Source of the DNA: a bacterium
GTDB lineage: Bacteria; Hydrothermota; Tepidihabitantia; SM23-42; JAOAFX01
Direction: 5' to 3'
DNA: 64,000 bases
Assembly: GCA_036796695.1 (NCBI GenBank)
Contig: DAIRCK010000001.1
Location: 128,145-192,144, forward strand
Numbering within the stretch: the stretch's first letter is position 1; each line of letters starts with the position of its first letter. Under the pieces are notes generated by a model that had not been told where the DNA came from, made no database searches, and was given only the letters and a program-made list of their open reading frames with translations. The position numbers and the translations under genes were made by a program. This document shows positions 56,004 to 64,000 of the stretch, piece after piece.

Positions 56004-58077
56004 CCTGGCAAAAACCCTGGGTTTGTCAAGTGATGCCTTAATGAAAATGCTTGAAGAGATCGGTATCAAGGCAAAGGGGCATATGTCTGTGCTCACAGAT
56101 GAGGAAATAAAAAAAGTAAAAGAAAAAGTTGCCGAAGAAAGAAGGCGGCTTAAAAAAGAAGTAACCAGATATAAAGCCACAACCCACCCCACGGAAAAGG
56201 TAAAAAAAATAAATGAAAAGGAAGTGCGCCAGACCGTAAAAGCAACGCTTGCAAAAATAGAAAAGGGTGAAACAAAGAAACACTATAAAAAAGAAGAAAT
56301 ACAAAAACAGGTAGAAACACCAAGGGAAAGAGTAATAGAAGTCGTTGAATTTATGACTGTTGCCGAATTCGCACAGGCACTTGAAGTTCCGCCAAGTGAG
56401 GTGATTAAAAAGTGCCTGAGTTTTGGGGTAATGGCAAGTCTTAATCAGCGACTCGATCTTGATACGATCGCTGTATTATGTGATGAATTCAAATGTAAGA
56501 TGAAGATTGTAACTGTTGAAGAGCAAATAAAGAAAGAAGAGGATAAATCTTTACAGCAGGTGAAGAGGCCGCCGGTTGTCACAGTAATGGGACATGTTGA
56601 CCACGGCAAGACAACACTGCTTGATGCAATTACAAAACTCAGAGTCGCCGAATCAGAATATGGCAAGATTACACAAAAAATTGGTGCATATCAGATTTCA
56701 TATAATAACAAGTTAATAACATTCATTGATACACCGGGCCACAAAGATTTTACAACGATGCGGGCAAGGGGTGCACAGGTCACGGATATAGTCGTCCTCG
56801 TAGTTGCAGCTGATGAAGGTGTAATGCCCCAGACAATTGAGGCAATCGACCACGCTCGTGCTGCAAATGTTCCGATTATTGTAGCAATCAACAAGGTAGA
56901 TCTACCCAGGGCAAATGTCAATCTTGTAAAATCACAACTTGCGAAGGCAAATGTGATTGTTGAAGACTTTGGGGGAAAATCTATATGTGTGGAAACTTCT
57001 GCCCTTAAAAATATCGGCATTAGCGATTTACTTGATGCCATTCTTGTCAAGGCAGAAGAAATGGATCTCAAGGCACCAATAAACACAAAAGCAAAGGGTG
57101 TTGTCCTTGAGGCAAATGTTGAACATGGCAGGGGAAATGTATGCACCATACTTGTTCAGGAAGGAATATTGAAAAAAGGTGACCCATTTGTCTGTGGCTG
57201 TCAGGCAGGAAAGGTGAGAGAACTCTTGAGCGAAACGAGAAAACGAATTGATGAAGCAGGACCATCCACCCCGGTCGTTGTGCTTGGATTCGATGGTTTA
57301 CCTCAAACCGGTGAGATATTTATGGTTGTGGATGATGAACGGCAGGCAAGAGAGATTGCATACCAGCGTGAACTCATTGAAAGGTCGCGCCGGATGAAAG
57401 CAAGGAAGGCAAAAGTAACCTTACTCGATTTGCAGGAAAAGATTAAAAAAGGTGAAACCAAAGAATTGAATATAATCCTCAAGGCAGATACTGCAGGGTC
57501 ACTTGAAGTTCTGGATGAAAAATTGCAAGAGTTAAAGATTGAAGACACGCAGATCAACATCATTCACAAGAGTGTCGGCAAGATAAGCGTTTCAGATGTT
57601 CTACTTGCTGAAGTGACCGGCGCTATCTGTGTTGGTTTTCATATTGGGCCTGATGCTGATGCGCTTGAAGCTGCTGAGCGCGAAGGTGTGGAGATTCGCA
57701 CCTACAGGTTGATATATGAAGCACTTGATGATTTACGTTCAGCAATGGTGGGTCTGCTTGAACCTAAGGTTCAGGAAATTCTTATTGGAGAAGGCGAAGT
57801 CCGTGAAGTCTTTAGTATCCCGAAGATTGGTTTTATTGCCGGTTGTTATATAAAAGATGGCAAGGTTATGAGGAATGCTGTAGCAATTTTGTTAAGAAAT
57901 GGAAAAGAAATAACAAAGACAAAAATAATCTCTTTAAAAAGATTTAAAGAAGATGTAAAAGAAGTTGCTGCTGGATATGAGTGCGGTATCGGTCTTGAAA
58001 ATGTAACCGATTTACAAAAAGGTGATGTGCTACAGTTCTATAAAATAGAAGAAATAACAGAAATCGGGAATCAGTAA
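55984..58077 (+). CDS. infB: Translation initiation factor IF-2.
   Basis: G-domain 'VVTVMGHVDHGKTTLLD', 'DTPGHKDF', 'NKVD', and C-terminal beta-barrel domains. Overlaps nusA by 20 nt. Confidence 0.9.
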   Translation: MPQKVHDLAKTLGLSSDALMKMLEEIGIKAKGHMSVLTDEEIKKVKEKVAEERRRLKKEVTRYKATTHPTEKVKKINEKEVRQTVKATLAKIEKGETKKHYKKEEIQKQVETPRERVIEVVEFMTVAEFAQALEVPPSEVIKKCLSFGVMASLNQRLDLDTIAVLCDEFKCKMKIVTVEEQIKKEEDKSLQQVKRPPVVTVMGHVDHGKTTLLDAITKLRVAESEYGKITQKIGAYQISYNNKLITFIDTPGHKDFTTMRARGAQVTDIVVLVVAADEGVMPQTIEAIDHARAANVPIIVAINKVDLPRANVNLVKSQLAKANVIVEDFGGKSICVETSALKNIGISDLLDAILVKAEEMDLKAPINTKAKGVVLEANVEHGRGNVCTILVQEGILKKGDPFVCGCQAGKVRELLSETRKRIDEAGPSTPVVVLGFDGLPQTGEIFMVVDDERQAREIAYQRELIERSRRMKARKAKVTLLDLQEKIKKGETKELNIILKADTAGSLEVLDEKLQELKIEDTQINIIHKSVGKISVSDVLLAEVTGAICVGFHIGPDADALEAAEREGVEIRTYRLIYEALDDLRSAMVGLLEPKVQEILIGEGEVREVFSIPKIGFIAGCYIKDGKVMRNAVAILLRNGKEITKTKIISLKRFKEDVKEVAAGYECGIGLENVTDLQKGDVLQFYKIEEITEIGNQ

Positions 58078-58081
58078 TTAA

Positions 58082-58390
58082 ATGTCCACTACAAATAAAA
58101 AATACAGGTTTTTTGTAGGTATATGCGACATTGACCTTCACATTGAAAATTCTCATTCACTAAAAGATAGAAGGAATATTTTGCTGAGCCTTAAGGAGAA
58201 AATAAAGAATCGAATGAATGTTGCGATATGTGAATTTGGTGATTCTGACCTCTGGCAACGTTCACAACTGGCAATAGTAACCTGTAGCAATTCAAAAAAT
58301 ATCGTAGAATCAACACTGAGGGAAGTTTTAGAATTTATTGGGAATTTCCCTTCAGTGATTGTTTTGAATTCTGAATCAAGGATAATATAA
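58082..58390 (+). CDS. DUF503 (YlxP-like) protein.
   Basis: 'FVGICDIDLHIENSHSLKDRRNIL'. Conserved infB-rbfA intergenic gene position. Confidence 0.7.
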   Translation: MSTTNKKYRFFVGICDIDLHIENSHSLKDRRNILLSLKEKIKNRMNVAICEFGDSDLWQRSQLAIVTCSNSKNIVESTLREVLEFIGNFPSVIVLNSESRII

Positions 58391-58391
58391 T

Positions 58392-58730
58392 ATGCGTAGT
58401 GACCGTGTTGCATCTTTGATTGCAAGAGAAATTTCCTTGATTATAAGTCAGGAATTAAGGGACCCAAGATTGGGTATGGTCACCATTACAAAGGTTGCGC
58501 TCGCTTCGGATTTAAAAGAGGCAAAGGTATATTTTACCACATTAGGAAATAGTGTGAATGACCTGCATATTCTTGAAGGGGCAAAAGGATTTATCCGAAC
58601 AACACTTGCCCATCGTATCAGGATAAAATTCATTCCTGATTTGAAATTTATCATTGACGACAGTCAAAAATATGGAGAAAAGATTGACAGACTCCTTGAA
58701 GAGATTGATAAAAGCAATAAAAACACATAA
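58392..58730 (+). CDS. rbfA: Ribosome-binding factor A.
   Basis: 'RVASLIAREISLIISQELRDPRLGMVTITKV', the KH-like RbfA fold signature. Confidence 0.85.
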   Translation: MRSDRVASLIAREISLIISQELRDPRLGMVTITKVALASDLKEAKVYFTTLGNSVNDLHILEGAKGFIRTTLAHRIRIKFIPDLKFIIDDSQKYGEKIDRLLEEIDKSNKNT

Positions 58731-59661
58731 AGATATTCTCATTGCAACCCATATTGATCCTGATTGTGATGGAATCTGTTCCGCACTATTAATGACTCAT
58801 TTTGTATCCTCGATCAAAAAAAAAGCAAAACCATTCCTTTTCTGCCATTCTCCGATACCAGAAAAATATCAATTCCTTTTAAAAAATTTTGTATTCTCAA
58901 GATATTTAAAAAATTTTGACCTTTTGATTGCTGTTGATTCTGCTGATATTGATCGAATTTTTCCCAGAGAAAAATATAATTTAGATTTTCTGAAAGGAAA
59001 ATTTGTTATTAATATTGACCATCACCGAAGTAATAGACAATTCGGTGATATTACAATCATTGATGAGAAGGTATCTTCAGCCTGTGAAATAATATACAGA
59101 ATATATAAAAAAATCGGCGTAAATATCAACCAACACCTTGCAGAAATTTTCTATGCTGGTATTTATAATGAGACTGGTGGTTTTGTATATCCCAACACAA
59201 CTGCAGAAGCACTGTGCATCTGTTCTGAATTGATAAATTATGGTATAGAACCTGCCGAGCTGGTTAAAAAATTGAATGCCAAAACAATGGAAGGGACAAA
59301 ACTCTTGAGCAGTGTTCTGGGAACAATCAAAATTAAAAATGGTATTGGTTCTATGTATCTCACACAGAAAATGTTAAAAAAATACAATGCGCGAATATCA
59401 GAATCTGAAAATTTTATATCATTTTTACAGGCAATACAGGGTGTAAGAATTTCCGTCTTCTTTCGTGAAGAGAAAGATAGTATAAGAATAAGTCTGCGTA
59501 GCGATGGTCTGCTTGATGTGAATGAATTTGCACGCAGATTCGGTGGTGGTGGGCATAGACTTGCTGCCGGTATAAGATTAAAAGAAAATTTCTCCACAGC
59601 AAAGAAAAAAATATTGTCTGCACTTTTTTCAGAACTCAAAAATGCAGGTTTTATACAATAA
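58672..59661 (+). CDS. nrnA: DHH/DHHA1-family phosphoesterase (NrnA-like nanoRNase / pAp phosphatase).
   Basis: 'ILIATHIDPDCDGICS' (DHH motif I), 'AVDSADIDR', 'INIDHHRSN' and the DHHA1 'GGGGHRLAAG'. The start is uncertain; ATG 58672 overlaps the rbfA 3' end. Confidence 0.75.
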   Translation: MEKRLTDSLKRLIKAIKTHKDILIATHIDPDCDGICSALLMTHFVSSIKKKAKPFLFCHSPIPEKYQFLLKNFVFSRYLKNFDLLIAVDSADIDRIFPREKYNLDFLKGKFVINIDHHRSNRQFGDITIIDEKVSSACEIIYRIYKKIGVNINQHLAEIFYAGIYNETGGFVYPNTTAEALCICSELINYGIEPAELVKKLNAKTMEGTKLLSSVLGTIKIKNGIGSMYLTQKMLKKYNARISESENFISFLQAIQGVRISVFFREEKDSIRISLRSDGLLDVNEFARRFGGGGHRLAAGIRLKENFSTAKKKILSALFSELKNAGFIQ

Positions 59662-60523
59662 GACTGACCCATTTACATTCGGTTCTGTTTGTGCCCTGGG
59701 TAATTTTGACGGCATTCATCGTGCCCACCAGGAAATAATAAATAAAATAAAAAAAATAGCAAATGGTTTAAAAAAAACCGGTATTATTACCTTCAATCCT
59801 CCACCCGTATCAATTCTCCATAAGGATGGAATTTTTTTTCTTACAACAAAAGAAGAAAAGGAAGAAATCCTGAATTCACTCGGGATTGATTTTGTTTATT
59901 ATTTCGAATTTGATATAAATTTTTCTCAAAAATCTCCAGAAGAATTTGTCGAACTGATTTATACTTCAATAAAACCATCAATGGTAATCATCGGTGAGAA
60001 TTTCCATTTTGGTAAAGGACGTAAAGGAAATGCAAGTCTATTAAAAAACCTCGCTCGGAATAGATTTGATGTGGAAATAATCCCCAGGATAAAAGACCAG
60101 AATGGTGTAATATCAAGCACAAGAATCAGGGAACTTTTATTACTCGGGCATATCCCTGCTGCAAATAGACTATTAGGGCGAGAATATACAATAACCGGAG
60201 AGGTAATAAAAGGCAAGGGCAAGGGTGCAAAACTCGGTTTTCCTACAATAAATCTATCTATTAATAAAGATAAATTACTGCCACTTGATGGGGTCTATGA
60301 AGTAAAACTTGAAATTAAAGGTAAGGATTATCAGGGGGCAATGTTTTTAACACACAATGTAATTGAAGTCCATATATTAGATTTTTCAGGTAATTTATAC
60401 GGTCAGAAAATAAGTACAAAATTGGTGAAAAGATTGCGGGCGATAAAAAAATTTCCTGATGATGAATCATTAAAAAAGGCGATTGCGGATGATATAAAAA
60501 GAATCAAAGACCCTAAAATTTAA
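59642..60523 (+). CDS. ribF: Bifunctional riboflavin kinase / FMN adenylyltransferase.
   Basis: 'ALGNFDGIHRAHQ' (FAD synthetase HxGH-like) and the C-terminal riboflavin kinase region 'GRKLGFPTINL', 'GVYEV'. Confidence 0.85.
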   Translation: MQVLYNKTDPFTFGSVCALGNFDGIHRAHQEIINKIKKIANGLKKTGIITFNPPPVSILHKDGIFFLTTKEEKEEILNSLGIDFVYYFEFDINFSQKSPEEFVELIYTSIKPSMVIIGENFHFGKGRKGNASLLKNLARNRFDVEIIPRIKDQNGVISSTRIRELLLLGHIPAANRLLGREYTITGEVIKGKGKGAKLGFPTINLSINKDKLLPLDGVYEVKLEIKGKDYQGAMFLTHNVIEVHILDFSGNLYGQKISTKLVKRLRAIKKFPDDESLKKAIADDIKRIKDPKI

Positions 60524-62324
60524 ATCCCTTTTCCCTAAAAAGCCTGACACAGGCATCCACTACTTTTGAGTCATAAAGAATATCCTTGTTAGAAATGATC
60601 TCGGTTAATACCACATCAATACTCCAGGCAGGCCGGTATGGTCTGTGGGTCATCATCGCCTCAACTACATCTGCAACTGAGAGAATCTTCGCCTCAAACA
60701 AGATCTTATCAGTCCTTAAACCAAAAGGATAACCAGAACCATCAAGCCTTTCGTGGTGTTGTAATATTATCTGGGCAACAGGCCAGGGAAATTCTATGGG
60801 TTCAAGTATCTCAGCCCCTATCCTCGGATGTTCTTTTACAATATCAAACTCTGCCTGGGTCAATCTCGCTGGTTTACTCAGGATTTCAGCCGGTACATAT
60901 ATCTTACCAATGTCATGCAGTATCCCAGCAATGTTAAGACATTCAATAGCACCTTTGTCAAGATTCAATTCCCTTGCAATGGCACAGGCAAGTTTGGCAA
61001 CCCGCCTCTGATGGCCAGCAGTATAAGGGTCCCGCTTCTCAACCGCAGATGCAAGGGCATCTACTGTCCCTTCCAAAAACATCTGATTCTTCTTTAAACT
61101 CTCTACCAATCTCTCTTCAGCATTATGTTTTTCTGTTATGTCATGCACAATTCCGACACCACCGATTAAATTATCATTTTCATCATATATCGGCGCACAC
61201 TTCATCTCGGCATAGATCACAGCAGAACCTGTTGTTGACTCATAGTATCCTGTATATGCGCCTTCCATTCCTTCAAAAACACTCTTTATTGCAGACAAGA
61301 CCCTCTGGTCTTTTAATCTATTCAAATCCAGACCGAGCAATTTTTCTCTTGTGGATTGCAGGATCTCAACAAAACGGTCATTAAAATCAGTGAGTATAAG
61401 GTCCTTATTGTAATAAAACACGCCTACTGGAATATTATGAAAAAGAATTTGATAACGTGATTCACTGCTCTTTAACTCTCTTTCTGATTTTCTCAATTTA
61501 GTAATATCACGGCCAATGCCAAATCTTCCTATGAACTTGTTCCCTTCTCTAATCGTATAGAATCGCAGATTCAAATTTACAATTGAACCATTCTTCTCCA
61601 CTGCCTCAACCTCATATTCGTCCTGCGAATATTGGCTTTTTTTGGCAATCTCAAAATGCTCCCTTGCAACAATCTGGCTTTTTGGTGTAAGAAAATCAGA
61701 AAAGTGCTTGCCAATAACCTCTTCTCTTTTATAGCCATATACTTCAATCTGGTGATTTACCAAAGTGAAATGCCCATTTTCATCAAGCCAGAATATCAAA
61801 TCATCAACATACCTATCGAACATATTATACAATCTTAGAATATTTTCCAGTTCAATAGTTCGCTTTTCAAGTTTCTCGACAAGTACTCTATTGTATGAAG
61901 ACTGAATATCCTCAAGTTTCGGAAATATACCAGTCCTGACAATTTGCTTTTTCTCGTAAAAATCCTTCACTGTTTGCTTAAGTCTTATAATAAAATCATC
62001 AATATCAACCGGCTTTCTTATAAAAAGGTCAGCCCCAAGGTCCATTGCCAATTTCTCATCTTCTTCTGAGACATAAGTAGCGGTATAAAAGATAAATGGT
62101 AGATTTTTCAATCTCTGGTCACTTTTACAAATTGACAAAAGGGTATATCCATCCATAACCGGCATCAAAATATCAGCAATAATAATATCAATAGAATCCG
62201 AGTTGAGTATCTCCAGAGCCTGTTTCCCATTCTCTGCACTGACCACCTCATAGCCATTATGTGTGAGAACTGCCTCTAATAATTTTCTCCCCTCTTCTTT
62301 ATCATCTACCACAAGTATCTTCAT
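60513..62324 (-). CDS. Response regulator with REC, PAS and HD-GYP (c-di-GMP phosphodiesterase) domains.
   Basis: REC ('ILVVDDKEEGRKLL...DIIIADILMPVMDGYTLL'), two PAS-like segments, and an HD-GYP domain ('GHQRRVA', 'GILHDIGKIYVP', 'HHERLDGSGYPFGL'). Confidence 0.8.
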   Translation of the reverse strand: MKILVVDDKEEGRKLLEAVLTHNGYEVVSAENGKQALEILNSDSIDIIIADILMPVMDGYTLLSICKSDQRLKNLPFIFYTATYVSEEDEKLAMDLGADLFIRKPVDIDDFIIRLKQTVKDFYEKKQIVRTGIFPKLEDIQSSYNRVLVEKLEKRTIELENILRLYNMFDRYVDDLIFWLDENGHFTLVNHQIEVYGYKREEVIGKHFSDFLTPKSQIVAREHFEIAKKSQYSQDEYEVEAVEKNGSIVNLNLRFYTIREGNKFIGRFGIGRDITKLRKSERELKSSESRYQILFHNIPVGVFYYNKDLILTDFNDRFVEILQSTREKLLGLDLNRLKDQRVLSAIKSVFEGMEGAYTGYYESTTGSAVIYAEMKCAPIYDENDNLIGGVGIVHDITEKHNAEERLVESLKKNQMFLEGTVDALASAVEKRDPYTAGHQRRVAKLACAIARELNLDKGAIECLNIAGILHDIGKIYVPAEILSKPARLTQAEFDIVKEHPRIGAEILEPIEFPWPVAQIILQHHERLDGSGYPFGLRTDKILFEAKILSVADVVEAMMTHRPYRPAWSIDVVLTEIISNKDILYDSKVVDACVRLFREKGFKF

Positions 62325-63060
62325 AATGCCTCCATTTTTTCCTTAATTTTATTACAAACTTAGTGCCTTTTTTGGGCTGGCTCTCTACAAAAATTTCACC
62401 TTTTAACAGACTCACAATTCTTTTACAAATATAAAGACCGAGTCCGGTTCCTTCCACATCAGGACGGTGTTTAAAATGGGTTATGCCGAATGGCTCAAAC
62501 AGATATTTTAAATCTTCCTGATATATTCCGCACCCTGTATCCTGAACTACAATATCAACAAATTCCTGGGTATCAGTAAGTTCAATCCTTATACCTCCTT
62601 TTTCAGTAAATTTTATCGCATTACTCAAAAGATTAATCAGTATCTGTCTTATCCTCTTTTCATCTGAGATAATCTCAATTCTATTTGAAATGATTGTCTC
62701 TATAGATAATCCTTTTTTCTCTAATGCAGGCTTGAATGAATCTACTATTTCAGATATCAGTTTATTAAGATCCAGAATGCTCAATGAAAGTCTTTCTCGG
62801 GTCAATTCAATCCCGCCGATTTCCACGATATCATTGATCAATGAAAGCAGGTGTTTTGCATTATTTTTTACAATCGTTAGTTGTTCTGCTTGCTCACTGT
62901 TTATTGCACCTGAATATTCTTTGAGTAAAATATCCGTAAAACCAATAATTGAGTTCAAGGGTGTTCTCAATTCGTGTCCCATTGTTGAAATAAGTATATT
63001 TCTCCTTTTATCTAACTCTTTCAATTCTTCATTTTTGACCTTATCTCGAAACGCATTCAA
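62302..63060 (-). pseudogene. Cytoplasmic core (HisKA + HATPase_c) of a sensor histidine kinase, apparently separated from its membrane N-terminus by a frameshifting 58-bp insertion.
   Basis: H-box 'MGHELRTPLNSIIGF', N-box/G-boxes 'LLSNAIKFT' and 'DTGCGI', 'GTGLGL'. The ORF begins with TTG inside a coiled-coil segment, 'KNEELK', that is duplicated in the upstream ORF. Confidence 0.6.
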
Positions 63061-63355
63061 TCCGTAGATAACCGGCTTTCAATTCTTCATTTTTGATGTT
63101 TAGTTGTTCATTCAATTCTTCTGCCTTTTTTAAAAGTTTATCTACCTTTTTGAACTTATTTAGATGAGTTTGTATGCAAACATATATTAATATACCAGTA
63201 AAAACAATATATACCCAGTCTTTATATGTTTGAATCCTGATTAATGTAGCAGGTTCAGTTACAAACCTCTGGACAATCCGGTCTGAAAAAAACATATATA
63301 ATACCCCCACAATTGCATATATAAAAACTACACGGAAGGCAATATTCTTCAACAT
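63041..63355 (-). pseudogene. N-terminal two-TM sensor segment plus coiled-coil linker of the same histidine kinase. The frame is broken from the kinase core.
   Basis: Two TM helices, then a coiled coil ending '...LNEQLNIKNEELK' and 11 out-of-context residues before the stop. Deleting the 58-bp repeat unit restores one in-frame HK. Confidence 0.55.
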
Positions 63356-63434
63356 AAACCTCCAATACCTATATTTTGATTATAATTAAGAAAAACAAAA
63401 TTGTCAAGATATTTTAAAACAAAAATACAGAATC

Positions 63435-63463
63435 TTGACAATCATCAAATTCTTATTTATAAT
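63435..63463 (+). promoter_or_regulatory. Sigma-70-like promoter (TTGACA, 17-nt spacer, TATAAT) overlapped by a 10-bp inverted repeat at 63401-63410 / 63432-63441.
   Basis: Consensus hexamers. The inverted repeat ttgtcaagat ... atcttgacaa has a 21-nt spacer, and its right arm covers the -35. Confidence 0.45.
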
Positions 63464-63472
63464 CCTGTTAGA

Positions 63473-63775
63473 ATGGTTTTATTATATCTAATCACTCTAT
63501 TAATTTCATCTGATAAAATATTCAATTTGGTTGCACAGTCTGATTCAAACTTTAAATCAATCCATCAATTACAATATGAAGAATACAAAAAGGACACAGC
63601 AAAAAATGCGATAAAAGATGATAGCAATATCAAAAATTTAGAAGGCATATTTGGTCAAAAACAACCGATGCAGACAATAATCAATCTTTCATTGATAATA
63701 ATAATAATAATTGTTCTTATCATTGGTATTTCAATATTTTTGATCGCCCGGAAAATCTACTTAACAAAAAAATAA
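63473..63775 (+). CDS. Hypothetical small membrane-anchored protein.
   Basis: ORF downstream of the predicted promoter. N-terminal hydrophobic segment and a C-terminal Ile-rich TM helix. No family match. The track's start at 63401 lies upstream of the promoter. Confidence 0.3.
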   Translation: MVLLYLITLLISSDKIFNLVAQSDSNFKSIHQLQYEEYKKDTAKNAIKDDSNIKNLEGIFGQKQPMQTIINLSLIIIIIIVLIIGISIFLIARKIYLTKK

Positions 63776-63785
63776 GGAGGGGCTA

Positions 63786-64000
63786 TGCCATTTTTTGTTT
63801 TAATCAGTATTTGTCTTTATTCTGGTTCTGATTTCTCACCGATCCATCAGATAGAATATTATGCGCATTTGAATGAAGTAGAATGGACACCTGTATCATT
63901 GAGTAAATTACCTTATGCGCCATTAGAACCTAAAATAAGGGGTATGTTAAAGAATTATTATAGCTATCTTCCCTACTGGATTGATACAGTTTATTATCAA
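63786..64000 (+). CDS. Partial hypothetical protein; only the N-terminus with a hydrophobic signal-like segment is in the window.
   Basis: An AAGGAGG RBS lies 6 nt upstream of the ATG. The ORF continues past the window end. Confidence 0.4.

Noticed and set aside
63401-63472. 5' part of the 124-aa ORF (MSRYFKTKIQ...).
   Set aside because: It lies upstream of, and across, the best promoter and inverted-repeat operator. The gene, if real, more plausibly starts at the internal Met at 63473.

Overview
AT-rich (~35-40% GC), gene-dense bacterial chromosomal window from a diderm organism. Evidence for the diderm call: TonB, LapA/LapB, a SPOR protein and OM beta-barrel candidates. Two large peptidases carry Bacteroidota/FCB-type T9SS C-terminal sorting domains, which suggests an FCB-superphylum-related and probably uncultivated lineage.

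Most of the window is housekeeping, with operon structure clearly visible. Identified genes and operons include:
- tmRNA (ssrA)
- def-fmt-rsmB with yajC upstream, and folP-cdaA
- lapA-lapB, mutS, and a fur-feoAB iron module
- a glycine cleavage operon (gcvT-gcvH-gcvPA), recR, proS
- rimP-nusA-infB-DUF503-rbfA-nrnA-ribF

The least ordinary parts are:
- A chemotaxis-adaptation-only gene set (CheR/CheD/CheB with no CheA/W/Y or MCP) co-oriented and tightly packed with a roadblock/LC7 protein, an unusual tandem DnaA/Hda-like AAA+ ATPase carrying an acidic Pro/Glu-rich tail, and a DUF4388(PATAN-like)-TPR protein. This looks like a non-canonical polarity/motility-type signalling module.
- A mannose-family PTS operon with a GH57 glycoside hydrolase inserted between IIB and IIC, and an OM protein at its head.
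- A secreted ~640-aa protein built from about 12 degenerate ~23-aa 'G-x-G...LIDxxGNDxY' repeats (predicted beta-solenoid), preceded by a pyrimidine-rich degenerate tandem repeat tract.
- A histidine kinase gene split by a 58-bp insertion flanked by a perfect 21-bp direct repeat, next to a REC-PAS-HD-GYP regulator.
- A 665-nt intergenic region upstream of fur with several GC-rich hairpins and a possible pseudoknot (candidate structured RNA). It shares a 24-nt palindromic element with a second locus.

All coordinates come from manual reading and may be off by one.
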